Source: Octopus sinensis
Lineage: Eukaryota
DNA: 64,000 nucleotides
Direction of reading: 5' to 3'
NCBI RefSeq assembly: GCF_006345805.1
Contig: NC_043011.1
Location: 9,424,001 to 9,488,000, forward strand
The position numbers were made by a program, and so were the translations under genes. Under the pieces are notes generated by a model. The model did no database searches. It saw only the letters and a list, made by a program, of their open reading frames with translations, and was not told the origin of the DNA. Below, in pieces: positions 39,791-53,167 of the stretch (positions are counted from its first letter, which is position 1; every line of letters begins with the position of its first letter).

Positions 39791-40559
39791 CATCACTGTG
39801 ACTATGACTAACATACACCACCACCACCACCTCCACACCACATCACAATGACCATAACCAACAGATGCAGTTTAAAATAGTGAAATCTAGGTATCATTGA
39901 CTACTTTCTTATGAAATATAAATGTTTTTTTTTTTGAAAAACTTTTTGCATTTTTAGATGCTTTCCTTATTTATATCTTCCTTCATTTTCTACTTCAAGC
40001 AAACTGCAATGTTCTTATATATCTTATATATATATATATATATATATATAATTATTTGCAGGGAAAAATTCAATTTAGAAATACTAAATCACCTTTCAAA
40101 AAATATAATATATATATAAAAATAGTGAAATTTATGTATCACTGACTACTTTCTTATGAAATATAAATGTTATTTTATTTTTTTGAAAAACTTTCTAAAT
40201 TATTAGATGCTTTCCTTATTTTATATATATATATATATATATAAATTATATATACATATATTAATTATATATATATAATTTATATATATATTGTTGTGTC
40301 TGTGGAGAGTCATTCTCTTTTATTGCCTTATTATTTAAGACCCTCACCGGTAAAGTTTCCACTCATTTACCATGAAAGAGGTTGCAAGATGCGACGAAAA
40401 TTTAATGAACACACATACATACATGCATAATGCACTTACGTGTATGCATACATACATACTTACATGTGTATGTGCACACACACTGACCCACACACATACA
40501 TAAACAAACAAAAAGAATGCAGCTCAGATAACAGATAGAGTCAATGACTAATGAAAAGG

Positions 40560-40990
40560 TTGCAAGACTCAATGACACCTGTGCAGGTGGCAAGTAAAGA
40601 AACACCTTTTCGACCCTGTGCTTGAGGAGACCTATTGAGTCAAGTACACCAACATCAAAAATCAATGGAAGTTGTAGTTGTGATCCCTGTGCCAGTGGCA
40701 CGTAAAAAGCACCATCCGAACATGGCCGATGCCAGCGCCGCCTTGACTGGCTTCCGTGCTGGTGGCACGTAAAAAGCACCGACCAATCATGGCCTTTTGC
40801 CAGCCTCCGGTGGCACGTAAAAAGCACCCACTACACTCTCAGTGTGGTTGGCGTTAGGAAGGGCATCCAGCTGTAGAAACACTGCCAGATCAGACTGGAG
40901 TCTGGTGCAGCCTCCTGGCTTCCCAGATCCCCGGTCGAACTGTCCAACCCATGCTAGCATGGAAAACGGACGTTAAACGATGATGATGAT
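40560..40990 (+). mobile_element. RTE-related SINE, long form
   Basis: gaggagacctattgagtcaagt, ggcacgtaaaaagcacc modules, ggcgttaggaagggcatccagctgtagaaac and a (GAT)n tail. Confidence 0.88.
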
Positions 40991-41470
40991 GTGTGTGTGG
41001 GTGTGCATGTGTATATGTACATGTATGTAGACAAATGGATATGAAAGTGAACAGATAGACATACAGACAGATAGGTACATAGGTAATAAGAACAGACAAG
41101 CACACACACACACACACACACTTCACTTCACACAAGAACACATATGGAGACACACATCCATACATATAGACACAGTACATAGTCATAAAAATTCATTCAT
41201 ACATACACACACATTCAGACATGCACACTCAATGAGACAGAGGTACACGCACACATGTATAAAAATACACAAACACACAAAAACATGAATATGAAGAATA
41301 CATACACACATACAGACATACATACATACATACATACGTACATACATACACACATACAGACATATATACATATGCACACACACACATACATGTATACACA
41401 CACTTGCATGCATGCATACATACATACATTCATGTGTATATGCACACACACACACACACACTGACCTACA
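40991..41470. repeat. CA/TA-rich low-complexity tract
   Basis: Direct reading. Confidence 0.85.
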
Positions 41471-42368
41471 AGGAAAGAAAAAGGCAGCAACTCAGATAAC
41501 GGACAGTCAATGACTATTGACTAGGATGCAAGACGCAACAAAAACTTAATAATAGGAAAAATGAAAAAATGAGTGAGTGGAAACTTTACCAGTGAGTGTG
41601 TTAAATAATAAGGCACTAAAAGAGAATGATTCTCCTCAGACACAACAAAATATGCTTCAACACATGAACTCACGTAAAGAATCTTGCAAACGGTATATAT
41701 ATATATATATCCCAAACGGTATATATATATATATATATATCTCAAGGGTTGAACAGAAAGAACACAAGGAGAAAAAGTTAGAAGAAAGTAGAGCAAACAG
41801 AAAACTAGACAAAAACTTATCAGACAGAGAATTTAGGCAAAGACAGAATACACAGAATATTCACAGCTGATTTCCTCATCAGTCAATGACACAAAATATC
41901 ATAGTAGTTTCTCGCCATTTGGCATTAAGACCACCCAGTTTTGGAGGTACCAGTGCTCTTATTAAGCTCTGGGGAAAAGTTAACAAATGTATATTAAGAC
42001 AGAAACAAACATTATATAAATACAACAGAAAGAATTATGCATATGTAACTGCACGAAGCCTTACGGCTGTATACGACAGAGGAAAAAGAATAATTATAAA
42101 TGTAGGACAAATTCAACAGAAAGAGCTTTGCAGTTATTGACCAAACTTAGTTGGGTGGCACAAAGATAAAATGGAGAAAGTCCTAGAAGACATTGCAGGA
42201 GCCCAGACCAGCAAAGGCAGGTTGCACTGGTCACGTGGTAGGAGAGAGAAAGTGTTGTAGAGAAGAGAGGAATTAAGGAAATAGAGAGGGGAAAGAGGAG
42301 GAGACAGAGAGGGAACAAAGGAGCAGAGGGACTGGAGGTTAAAAGATACACACACACACACATTGGTA

Positions 42369-42399
<31 letters not shown>

Positions 42400-42706
42400 T
42401 ACTGGCTTTGTGGATAAAGATGTTTGGTTACAGACAAGACAGTAAGGTAGATGGAGGTTTCAGTCTCAGGTAGGGATTAGTGATATGATCTCATTTAGTT
42501 TTATTTTTCTCTAGAGATGTCTTAAAAGGGGGAAGAAAAAAACACAACCAGTATGGGCCAAGCTGAACACCCTAACCACAAGGCCATGCACTTTCATGGC
42601 AAAGTCAGTAGAGTGATGGGTTGATTTCCATTTATATCCTGGGTTCAAGTCCTGCCAAGTCTAGCTTAACCTTTCATTTTTCTGGGGTCAATAAAATAAA
42701 GTATGG

Positions 42707-43102
42707 GCCATGACTGCTGTGGACATGCATAAGCTCGCAAGGAATGAATCCAGTATGATCCGATGGATGTGTAATGTCAGTGTGCATACTCGACAGAGTG
42801 TAAGTACTTTGAGAGAAAAGTTGGACCTAAGAAGCATCAGATGTAGTGTGCAAGAGAGACGACTGCGCTGGTATGGTCATGCGGTGAGAATGGATGAGGA
42901 TAACTGTGTGAAAAAGTGCCACACCCTAGCGGTTGAGGGAACCTGTGCAAGAGGTAGACCCAGGAAGACCAGGGATGAAGTGGTGAAGCATCACATTTGA
43001 ACATTAGGTCTCACTGAGGCAATGACTAGTGACCGAGACTTTTGGAAATATGCTGTGCTTGAGAAGACCCGGCAAGCCAAATGAGACCATAACCTCGTGG
43101 CC
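42707..43102 (+). mobile_element. RTE-clade LINE 3' end, little decayed
   Basis: MHKLARNESSMIRWMCNVS..LREKLDLRSIRCSVQERRLRWYGHAVRMDEDNCVKK..EGTCARGRPRKT..AMTSDRDFWKYAVLEKTRQAK*. Contains the RLRWYGHV and RGRPRK motifs. Confidence 0.9.
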
Positions 43103-43189
43103 ACACACACACATTTTTGTACTGTATATATGGGTCCATCTGGACAATGAAGGATTCTTGTTATTATGTAGGGTGGTTTGTTGGTAGAA

Positions 43190-43570
43190 TCTTTGGAATG
43201 TAAGACAAGACAACTTGTAGTATTTCTTCCAACTCTTAATGTTCAGAGTTCAAATCCCATCAAGGTCAACTTTGCCTTTCATCCTTTCAGGGTTGATGAA
43301 AATAAATTCCAGTTGAAAACTGGAATTCACGTAATTGGCTTATCCTCTCCCTTAAAATTGCTGGCCTTGTGCCAAAATCTGAAGCCAGTATGGTGATGAA
43401 TTGATTGAACAAAATGCTTAGCATTTCTTCTGGCTCTCTACATTCCAGGTTCAAATTCTGTTGTGGTCAGCTTCACCTTTCAGCTTTTCAGGGTCAATAA
43501 AATAAGTACCAGTGGAATACTGGGGTTAATGTATTCGACTTCTTGCTCCCCTTAAAACTACTAGCTTTAT
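43190..43570 (+). mobile_element. Two degraded Meta-like SINEs in tandem
   Basis: gagttcaaatccc..ttgcctttcatcctttcaggg and ggttcaaattctg..ggggtcaataaaataagtaccag. Confidence 0.65.
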
Positions 43571-45519
43571 GCCAAAAATTAAGAAGAAATATTATTATTT
43601 TTATTAGTGGTGGTGGTATTAACATGGTTGACTCTCTCCAAGACATAAATTAAAAAGAAAATGTCTTCAATATCACTTCATTAAATTTTGCAAATGAATT
43701 TAAGAATAATTTTAGATGGGAAGAAAAAAGTAGCTGACCTCAAAACACACACACACACACTTCAGTTTCTAATTCTTAAACATTTTTCTCATTTTCAAAT
43801 AGCTTCTTGCTTTAAAAAGAAAGAAAATATGAAGATTCAAAAAATAAACTCTCTGTTCAATAGTGCCATTATATTGATTTTTTGAGAGCCTTAATTTGAA
43901 ATTCATATAAAAAAAAATATCCATTTCTCTTGTTTTCCTACATCCCAGTAATGGAATTCCACCATTGACATTTTTCATTCTTCGTTTTAAAATGGATCTA
44001 AGTTATTAACTGAAGATAATTACTGGAAATATGGAATGTAATTAAGAAGAATGAAGGAAATAAAAGCTAGTCATTACTTTAATTTTTTTAGTTTTTTCAA
44101 AGTTTTTTCTATCTATTGTGAGGTGAGAGTGTTTGAGCCCCAAAACCAGGTGGTTGGTGGTTCACACCTTTGTAATAAACATAGGCTTCTTCTAGAGTAA
44201 GAATGGTTGTGTGGTTTAAAAAGCTTGTTTCACATCCATGTGATTCCTGGTTCAATTTTACTGAGTAGCCTTCTGTAAACTTCTTCTACAATAAGCACAG
44301 GTTAATCAGCGTGTTGTGAGTGACAGTAGATGGAAACTATAGAAGCTTGTGTGTGTACAGACAAAAGAGGAACAGATCAGTTAAAATCACCAGTAAACTG
44401 GTATATTTATGCATAAATACTTTGTGGTATTTATTCCTCCCGAATTACACAACCAGTCCCTTGTTGCTCTTGCTGTCAGAACTAAAACAAAGCACTGAAT
44501 GAAAAATTGGAAATCTGTAAGCATAAAGGTGATTCCTCAAAAATGTTTGATAGGAAAATAAATATACTTCATTGCATCATATCACCACTATGTAAACGAT
44601 GTCAGGCAACTCACCTGAAGACCACCTCACCTATAATTAAGACCAAAACAATCTTGCTGTTTCTTATTCGGTTCTGTACTTTGCACTACTTGCCACAATT
44701 ATTACAGCCAAGGGGCCCTGTTTCTTCAGTTTTAACAATCAATGCTAATATCTTACTATTGTTTTAATCCATGCTCTTCCACAATTTAATTTTCCACATT
44801 TGTACATTACTGAAGTCACCTCTAATTGCTAGTGTCTGTATAATGATAGTTTTAATTACCTGTTGTTTTTTTTTTTTGAATAAGTAGCTGTTAGTGGGGT
44901 ATAGAAATATATTTAAGCAATAACGATTCCTTAGTCATTGGAAGCATTAGCTAATTGAAGAAATTAACTTATTTGTAGCTGCCAGTCAATGCATTAATGC
45001 TAGCTCCAAGTTAAGAAAGTTGTTGATTATTTCTATACAAAATGTCTATAATTCATTTAACAATTAAAATTCTAAATTTCTGGAATGTTTCATAAAAATT
45101 CAATAAAATTTGAGACTGTCAATTCACGAAACCCACATTTTAAATCACTTAGGATTCAAATGATAGGTTTTCCACATTCAAATAAGTCACAATAACTAAA
45201 GATTTTCAACCTGGAGAAAAATTTCAGCACAAATTAACAAAATTTTATGTTGATGTAACACTTCTCTCATCGAGTGAGTCTGGAGCTCCTGGTTCACAAG
45301 GGTACCACACTGAACATTTCATCTTCATGTAGTGTATATGGGGTAGTTCAGGGCAGTACATTCTCATCCTCCCTCTACCTATAGCAGGGATTGAACTTAA
45401 CACTACAAGCTATGATTGACTTGCTGCACCAAGCCGCATAGACACTATAGAACTATGTTGTGTCTAGCTTGTGGTAACTATTTACAGCTAACTGGACTGG
45501 GCCATTTGAGAGTCTTGTG

Positions 45520-45700
45520 TGCTGGCCATAGATGACTATGGACAGGTCATAGAGGATGATAGACATGCTATATAGACTGTAGACATCGCAGAAACAATGG
45601 TGAGTTGGCCATAGTGGTTTATGGACATACCACTGATGCTGGACATTACCATAGATGATGATGGACATACCAAAGACACATCATAGATGACCTTGAATAT
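45520..45700. repeat. Degenerate ~19-bp minisatellite (ccatagatgactatggaca-like)
   Basis: Recurring catag...tggaca units. Confidence 0.55.
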
Positions 45701-46602
45701 AAAAGAATGGTATAATTCATGGAACTCTCCACTCAGGTGCCCTGCCAGATTAACCAATAATGCTCTTCACTTTCTACAATGAAAGCTAAAGTTATGAAGG
45801 GTTTCCATAAGCACTTATCACTTGGGAGAATGTTGATAAAATCAAGTAAATATTTATGGTTATTGATTATCGAACTGATTAACTGGTTTATTAGTATTTA
45901 GAGAAGGAAGGAGGAAGACACTTTAGAGAATGGTTATGGAAAATAAAAGGGTGGGGAGATGTCCAAGAATGGTTGGAAGAATATAACAGTTTTATCAAAA
46001 AGACAAGCAGAGCAAAAGCCCATTGCATTATGGGGTATGGTTTAGATTCATTTCATTTTGGGAGAGATCCACTTTATCAAAGAGAACATGATTTGAAGAA
46101 ATAGTGCCACAGAAAATAACTGCATCTTGAAAAACAGTTTATTGAGTTTTATGATTTGAGGGAGTTTTAATTAGGGAATGTATTCTTGTAAACTCACGTC
46201 TTTTATATATATATATATAAATGTCTGTTTTGGTTAATTTGGGAGTCTAACAATTAATTAGGTTTGAGCTGGGAAAGATTTCTTTCAGTGAATCTTACAA
46301 AGATTAGGCCTTGTGTGCCTATGTGGGTTAGGAAAGAACAACCATTTCCAGGATGTACTCACTGTGGAACTGAATTTAGAACTGATAGATTGTATGTGTC
46401 TACAGAGTTTAGAACTGTTTAGATTAGTTGATCTCTTTATGGACCCTGCTTACATAAGGGAACACACTGTGCCATAAGAGTCCACAGTGTCTAGAATCAA
46501 CATTTAGCTATAAGTCTCATTAAACACAACTCAAATAAAACTGTATAATTAACAATTTTTAAAGAAATATATTTGTTCCATTAGAAGTAAATAGTCTCTT
46601 AC

Positions 46603-46688
46603 CAACATCCTTTGTAACATTTCCACTGTTTTATTGCGAACACTAAATCCATTGATTTCCCGTATTTCATCTCCAACATGGAGTGTGC
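46603..46688 (-). CDS. CASK: CASK exon, PDZ core ((G)[28 protein letters not shown]), phase 1-0
   Basis: Acceptor ttctctcttccag, donor TTG|gtaag, 86 nt. Near-identical to [28 protein letters not shown]. Confidence 0.96.
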
Positions 46689-46844
46689 CTGGAAGAGAGA
46701 AAGAAGGAATCTTCAAGCTAAGCATGAAAGGAGAGAGTGAAGGTGTTGGAATTCCATGGCCAAAGATCTTACAGTAATCATTGTTCCATTCAAGTATAAA
46801 AAAAGTAGTTTTCAATGGTTCACTTATCAACCATACACACTTGC

Positions 46845-46881
<37 letters not shown>

Positions 46882-48204
46882 TTACATTCACAGACATCCA
46901 CACACATATATCAACATCATCATTTCGTGCCAGCTTTCCATACTGGCATGAGTTGGAAGGGTTGAACAAGTTGGAATCAGTTGGTATTTGAGAATACTGC
47001 TCAGATACATATTACACACACACACACACTCCACACACTCCACACACACACACACACACACCACACACACACACAATGATACACACTATTATACACATCC
47101 ATAGAAACATAGTTGCACAGTATCTTCCTTCCTCCTTTCCTTTTCTCCGAAGAACAACATTTAGAACAAAACAAAGCTTTTCTAAAGACCTGTTCTTGTC
47201 CTCATTCCACTTTGACTCTAAAATGGTAAAAATGTGTTTTCTTTATTGTCTTCTGTTTTTGTTAATAATCTTGAATTTTCACCACACTGACATGACAAAC
47301 GCAACATTCTTATTCGGATGACAGTCAATCCACTATTTAACACACACATTCACACACACTTATGCACATTCTCTGCATCCCAGGAAATCTAGTCAATATC
47401 TTCAAATCTTCAACCCTACATCCAATTCTTAACATCTAATCAGGCACTAATCCTCCCCCTCTCTCCCAATACATGCAGTTGTGTTCTCCTCTGCCCAACT
47501 CTCCATTTTCTAAACACACCCCTTTTACACATCCAGAATTGTTTATCTTCACACTTTATATACTTTTCTTAGATCCTTATTTTCCAGGAATCTATTTCAC
47601 CAATGTTGTCTTCTAACTCCAACTGACAACCATTCCAACTGTAACCTTTACTTGACCCAGGTCTTCCCCCCATTCTTTGATGATCAAAGAGGCACAATGT
47701 GCTGCTCCACTGCACAATATAAAAATATAAAAAATAAAAGCATTTGTGCATCAGCTTGGCAGCGACTCCCCACCCCACTCCAACCACCTTTGGCACTGCC
47801 CCTGCCTCCTCCCCCGGCCTCATAGCTATGGGTGCTGACAATTACAGAGGAGATAATTCTTCATTGAATTAGTACGGAATTAGTTTTGAATAAAGGAACC
47901 ATAATTAATATCATCATCATCATCATCATCATGGTTTTCACATCCACTTTTCCCAGCTGGCATCAGTTAGATGGAATCTGTTGCAGCAGATTTCCTACGG
48001 CTGCATCCTCTTTCTGTTGCCAGACTTGACCTGTTTTCCAGTAAGGAAATTATTTCCCTTTGGCTGGACACATTTCCAGGGAGGATCATAAAACAAACAA
48101 TGCTACTTGTTTGGCAATGACACTTCTTTACAAATATCTTGTGATGTCAAGTCGAGGGGACACACACACACACACACATACTTGCTTACATACATACATA
48201 CAAC

Positions 48205-48345
48205 AATGGGCTTCTTTCAGTTTCCATCTACCAAATCCACTTACAAGGCTTTGGTCTATCCAGGGCTATAGCAAGACACTTTTTCAAAGAGCTGTGCAGT
48301 AGAACTGACTCTGAAGCCATATGATTGGGAAGTAAACCCAGCGCA
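48205..48345 (-). mobile_element. CORE-like tRNA SINE 5' fragment
   Basis: Reverse complement of the 9788 head (ttctttcagtttcc.tctaccaaatccact.acaaggc.ttggtc). Confidence 0.65.
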
Positions 48346-49444
48346 TGCCTTGTATAACAGATGGATATTACTAAATCTAACTGAGTTGATTTTTTTGAAA
48401 AATCACTGCAAATCTGTGATTCGATCAGCCAGCTCAGGAAATATGTAGAACAATAATGTTTTTGCCATTTCTGCCAATTTAATCTCACTGGAAGGAAATA
48501 TTTCTCTGAGTCTGAATTATAGACTGAAGAATCTTAATTTGAAATAACAAAACAGGTCACCTAAATAACAGAAACCATAAAAGACACGAGCAAAAAGAAA
48601 CAAAAGTTCTTAAGAGGAAAATGGTTTGCTGAAAGAGATTTTGGCTATAATTATTTATTGATGGTGACTGTTGCATCAAGAAAGCCAGGTTGATATATAT
48701 TTTCTGTTTGTCTAAGAAATTAGGGAAAAAATTAATTTCGTCTCCATGTATTTGAAAATAAGTGTTGCTGTATTTTGTGCAGAATGTTGATTAGGTAATT
48801 CCAAAACTATCTTTCAAATAAGTATTCCAGAATAAGTTGAACCAACATCCTGACAGCTGTCAAGAAATAAGAACTCAATGTTATGAGTTTTGGTTAATTA
48901 AATCAGTTAAGTAGAAACATTTCTTGTCACCATGTTGAGACAACAAACTGTTGGTCTACTATTTCCTTTTGTTTTAATATTAATATCTTCAGAGATTCAT
49001 CCTTTTCTCACACTCCAGAAACATCAGTGTGTGTGAGTATACGTATATGAATTGTAGTATCCAGCAATCAGGTTCGTTATGTTTATTACAAACCATTCAA
49101 ATAAGTTAGGATCATGTCAGTGGTCCAAGGTTGTTCTTAACAAAGAAAATCTGTTTCCACTACTTACAACATACATCTATACACAATAACGTAGAGATAC
49201 AGTTTTGTGTGTGTGCCTGCATATATAACAGGCATCTACACATGATGTTAGATGTAAATTAACAATTTTCCTGTTACTTTAAGGTTTTTAACCGGAGACA
49301 CATTCTTTAAAATAGTAATTTGACAGAGAATTTAGTTAGAATTTATTGACAATATTTTTACTAAATGTGTTGAGTAACTTATATTTTGTAACAACTATTA
49401 CTACGACAAAGAAGCATAAAAGCATTACATATATATATATATAT

Positions 49445-49540
49445 CTAGCACAGCCTTCTGGCTTGTCAGTCCTCAGTCAAACTGTCCAACCCATGCCAGC
49501 ATGGAAAGCGGATATTAAACGACGACAACGATGATGATGA
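49445..49540 (+). mobile_element. RTE-related SINE 3' fragment
   Basis: cctcagtcaaactgtccaacccatgccagcatggaaagcggatattaaacga..(gat)n. Confidence 0.8.
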
Positions 49541-49973
49541 TATATATATATCATCATATATATATGATGATTTAAAATAACTGAACAATATTTTGAAAAA
49601 TGAACCTGAAGATGTGTTGATACAATTACAGATCTGATGCTTACATATATTCTGATCTCCCAATACAGAAACGCGTGTAGTTCCTTTCTAATTATAATTT
49701 GAACTCAAGTAAGTACTAACTAAGGTAGTATATTATATGCCCTGCTATGGTAAGCGTTTGATCCTCAAGTAATATTTCTTGATGTGCATATAAATACCAC
49801 GAGTTTTCCATCATAAATACTCTTTATGTTCTTTTTGCATTATCTGAAATGGAATACCCACAAATCTAATAACTGAACTATGATATATATATATATACAC
49901 ACATACATACACATGTTTTTTTGCATTGGTTCTTTATGAGCACTCCGTAAATAGCCCATACTTTCTATAACAT

Positions 49974-50004
<31 letters not shown>

Positions 50005-50424
50005 AAGAGAGAGAGAGAGAGAGAGATTTGAACATTTGACCAAAAACCTATGCTTTGGACTTGAACACAAGACCTCATTGTTTGGAAGCAAATATCTTAA
50101 CCACTCATCTATCTATCTATCAGGTTGTGTGTGTGTGTGTGTGTGTGCATATAATCTCCAGATGTGTGAGGAGCTGTTCTACAATGAGGTGGGGCAATGT
50201 CTAGAGTGGAACCAACTCTTATGTGATTCTGAGTCTGGAAATGCTATTATCAGAGCCACATGCACATGTGGCATATATGTACACATACCTGCATGCACAT
50301 ATACACACTGGCAATAAATCTAATAATCCCTTGTGAAGAATATGTGATGTTCTTAATGGCAGAATGGGAGATGCAGAGAGGGGGGGGATCAAATGTGAGA
50401 ATGTTGGAGTTAAAGATGACATAC

Positions 50425-50503
50425 CTTGCCGATGAATCATGCCACCATGCATGATTCGTGCCACTAAGCAACGGCCCTCTTCATTTACTTTTAAGGTAAT
50501 ACC
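50425..50503 (-). CDS. CASK: CASK exon, PDZ N-terminal half ([26 protein letters not shown](G)), phase 0-1
   Basis: Acceptor ttataatttcag, donor AAG|gtatgt, 79 nt. [13 protein letters not shown] is diagnostic of the CASK PDZ, and the exon joins in phase to both neighbours. Confidence 0.96.
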
Positions 50504-51366
50504 CTGAAATTATAACGATGATGATAATAATTTTTAACTGTAGTATATGAAAAATAATGGTAACAATAACAACAACAATGATAGTACTCAACTCTGGAAT
50601 TTGGTCGCAACTTTAATGTGAGAAATGTGCTTGATTAAATTTGGTAAAGTGTTTTATAGAACCCAGATAAACACAAGTTAATTCTTCAATCACATGGTTT
50701 TTGATTGAGTGCCACTTCAGGGCATTTTGGACAAGTTGCCTTCTTTTACAGCTCTGTAGAAGTGCATACTTTAGGAAGCCCACATCTACTCTCAAGGCAA
50801 TGATCAACCAGGAGCTATAACAGTAAAGATATCCATGGTACTGTGTAGTGGGACTGAACCTGAAACCATATGGTTGAAAAGCAAGCTTGTAAACCCTACA
50901 GTTATGAAGAATGCCTTGCTTAAAATGAACCATTCTAAGAAAACAAAGAATCTATTCACTTATAATCACAAGCAATGTAAGAATATATTTAGTTTTATTG
51001 TAAAAGAACTTGGAGAGTTGATGGTCCTTGGTCCAGAGAGCAGGTGCTAAATATTTGTTAATTACATGTCTAAACTTCTGAGATGAATTATCTCAGTAAT
51101 TAAGATTTCACTGGCTATTAATCTCATCTGTTAATATTTCAATTTGCTTGGTCTCTTGTCATCAAATATCAGATTTCTGAATCTGTATCTCCCCACTTCA
51201 GTCAATTTGGAGTCAGACTTTGAACCTTTGTTTCTAATTAATGAGTAAAGATGTTTTAATCCATCTCACCACCACCATTGGGATTACTTTAATTATTATG
51301 GTGGATTGTTTTTAAAAAATTTTCCAAGAAAATAATTTCCTTATATAAGAAAACTGCATTAATTAT

Positions 51367-51697
51367 TGCAGCGTGGATGGTGTTTATAAGCCATTTAATA
51401 AACACACAAAAAACGTTAGATTCACTTCAACATTTCAATTTAATTTGTCAAAATATTTTCGTCGCTTTGAGACCGCGACCTGTTCACTGACAAAACTTCA
51501 TACTGCATCTCAGTGAACAGGTCGCGGTCTCAAAGCGACGAAAATATTTTGACAAATTAAATTTAAATGTTGAAGTGAATCTAACGGTTTTTGTGTGTTT
51601 ATTAAATGGCTTATAAACACCTTCCACGCTGCAATTGTTTTCGTTCCAGCACACGATCTCAGATCAAGTCACTGGCTATGCAAGTACATCTCCATAA
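51367..51697. mobile_element. Foldback element: 126-bp inverted arms, 19-nt loop, 62-nt unique end, 12-bp TSD
   Basis: Arms at 51365-51490 and 51510-51635 differ at three positions. Flanked by the direct repeat tgcattaattat at 51355-51366 and 51698-51709. Confidence 0.85.
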
Positions 51698-51801
51698 TGC
51701 ATTAATTATATTTGAAGACAATTCTTCTTTTAAATCAGTTAAAAACAATAACCAAAATGTAAAAACTAAATTAAATCTTTTCACTTGATTTAACAACTTA
51801 C

Positions 51802-51993
51802 CATTGGTTCGTCTGCATTTTTTTGAAATTGAACCAGTCGAACACGGGTGACATTCTCCATGTCTATGTCCCCATCGGAACTATCGGCATCAGCATCGCC
51901 ATTCATGTATGGTTGTTCTGGGGGCGGGGTCACTCGGATAGCTTCTTCACCATAGACTTCATGAGCAACAACATCATGGGCTTGTAATAAACC
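51802..51993 (-). CDS. CASK: CASK exon, end of L27 domain 2 and linker into PDZ ([64 protein letters not shown]), phase 0-0
   Basis: Acceptor ctttttttctag, donor ATG|gtaag, 192 nt. [20 protein letters not shown] and [20 protein letters not shown] match CASK. Absent from the ORF track because it has no early ATG. Confidence 0.97.
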
Positions 51994-53167
51994 CTAGAAA
52001 AAAGAGGATAAAAAGAAAGTGAAGAAATTTATCCTAAGTTAATTAGAAATTAATTACAAAGTAAATAAAAGAGTAGTCATGATTTCATCACCTTCAAACA
52101 AGAAAATAAATTTTCTAAAAACGGTGGATGATGCCAGCATATTGCTCACATTGGTGAACCTTGTTATTCACCAGACTGGCTACAGTGGCTTTATTCCATA
52201 AACATAATTATGTACACGACGAAGAACAGGATCAAGATGTGTGTGTGTGTCTGTATCAGGTTGGCTTTACTGGTTTAATTCTGTCTGTATATTGAGTTGA
52301 AGTATTAGAAATGTAAGAAACCAAATTATTGAAATATATTTAGGCAAGATTAGGAATTTGTCAATCCACCCACACCCACACACAAGATTAATTCCGTAAG
52401 AGGAAGTCAATGACTTCAGCCAAAAATCAAAAGTACAAAAGTGTGTTGTCATGACAACAATAAAATCACTGAAGGATTGATAAATCATTGGAGCTGACCT
52501 GCAGCAACAATAGGTGTAGTAGTAGTAGTAGTAGTAGTAGCAGCAGCAATATTATTGGGTCAGTGCCATACAACCACAGTCTGACAATATTCTGACCACC
52601 ATTCCAGACAGAATTATTAACTTCCAACAAAAAAAAACAAAAAAAACAGAACAGATAATTCAATTATCTGAGGATACTGGAATGTGTGACCCTCACTTAT
52701 TGGACATCTTGGTGGATGGAATGTACTGGGATCACTCAAGATATTATTGCACCTGTGTAACATTGTACCATCCTACACTCAAATCATCACACTGTACCTC
52801 ACTCAACACTCACTCATTACACAGTTGCACCCCTACAACACAGTGCCACCCTACCCCCACCTGTCCCTGCAATACGCTAACAACCAAAAACCATGGAATA
52901 AACCCATACTAATGAAATGTAACAGTTTAATTTATTTCCATTAAATAAAACTGGTTTAGTAGTGATGGTGGTGGAGGCGGTGGTGGTGGTCAGTCTATCT
53001 ACCTGAAAATAGCCACTGTCCACAGCCGAGTTCCCAGTTCCTTATGTTATCTATCAGGTTGTAGTTATCATCGTCATCACTTCAACCAACAATACCACGA
53101 CTGTCCAAAATATCAAAATTCATAAAATTTTAAGGTTTTAGATGCAAGGGAAATGAAAAGTTCTTTT

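Noticed and set aside
47601-47709. Phase 0-1 exon candidate (WSSTLCLF..LEDNI) between the two PDZ exons
   Set aside because: No PDZ homology, weak donor (gtgaaa), and it would disrupt the domain.
53003-53040. Possible microexon ending ..SGYFQ|gt that would mimic the L27 PHFQ|GLLQ junction
   Set aside because: No polypyrimidine tract, in-frame stop just upstream, and no L27 similarity.
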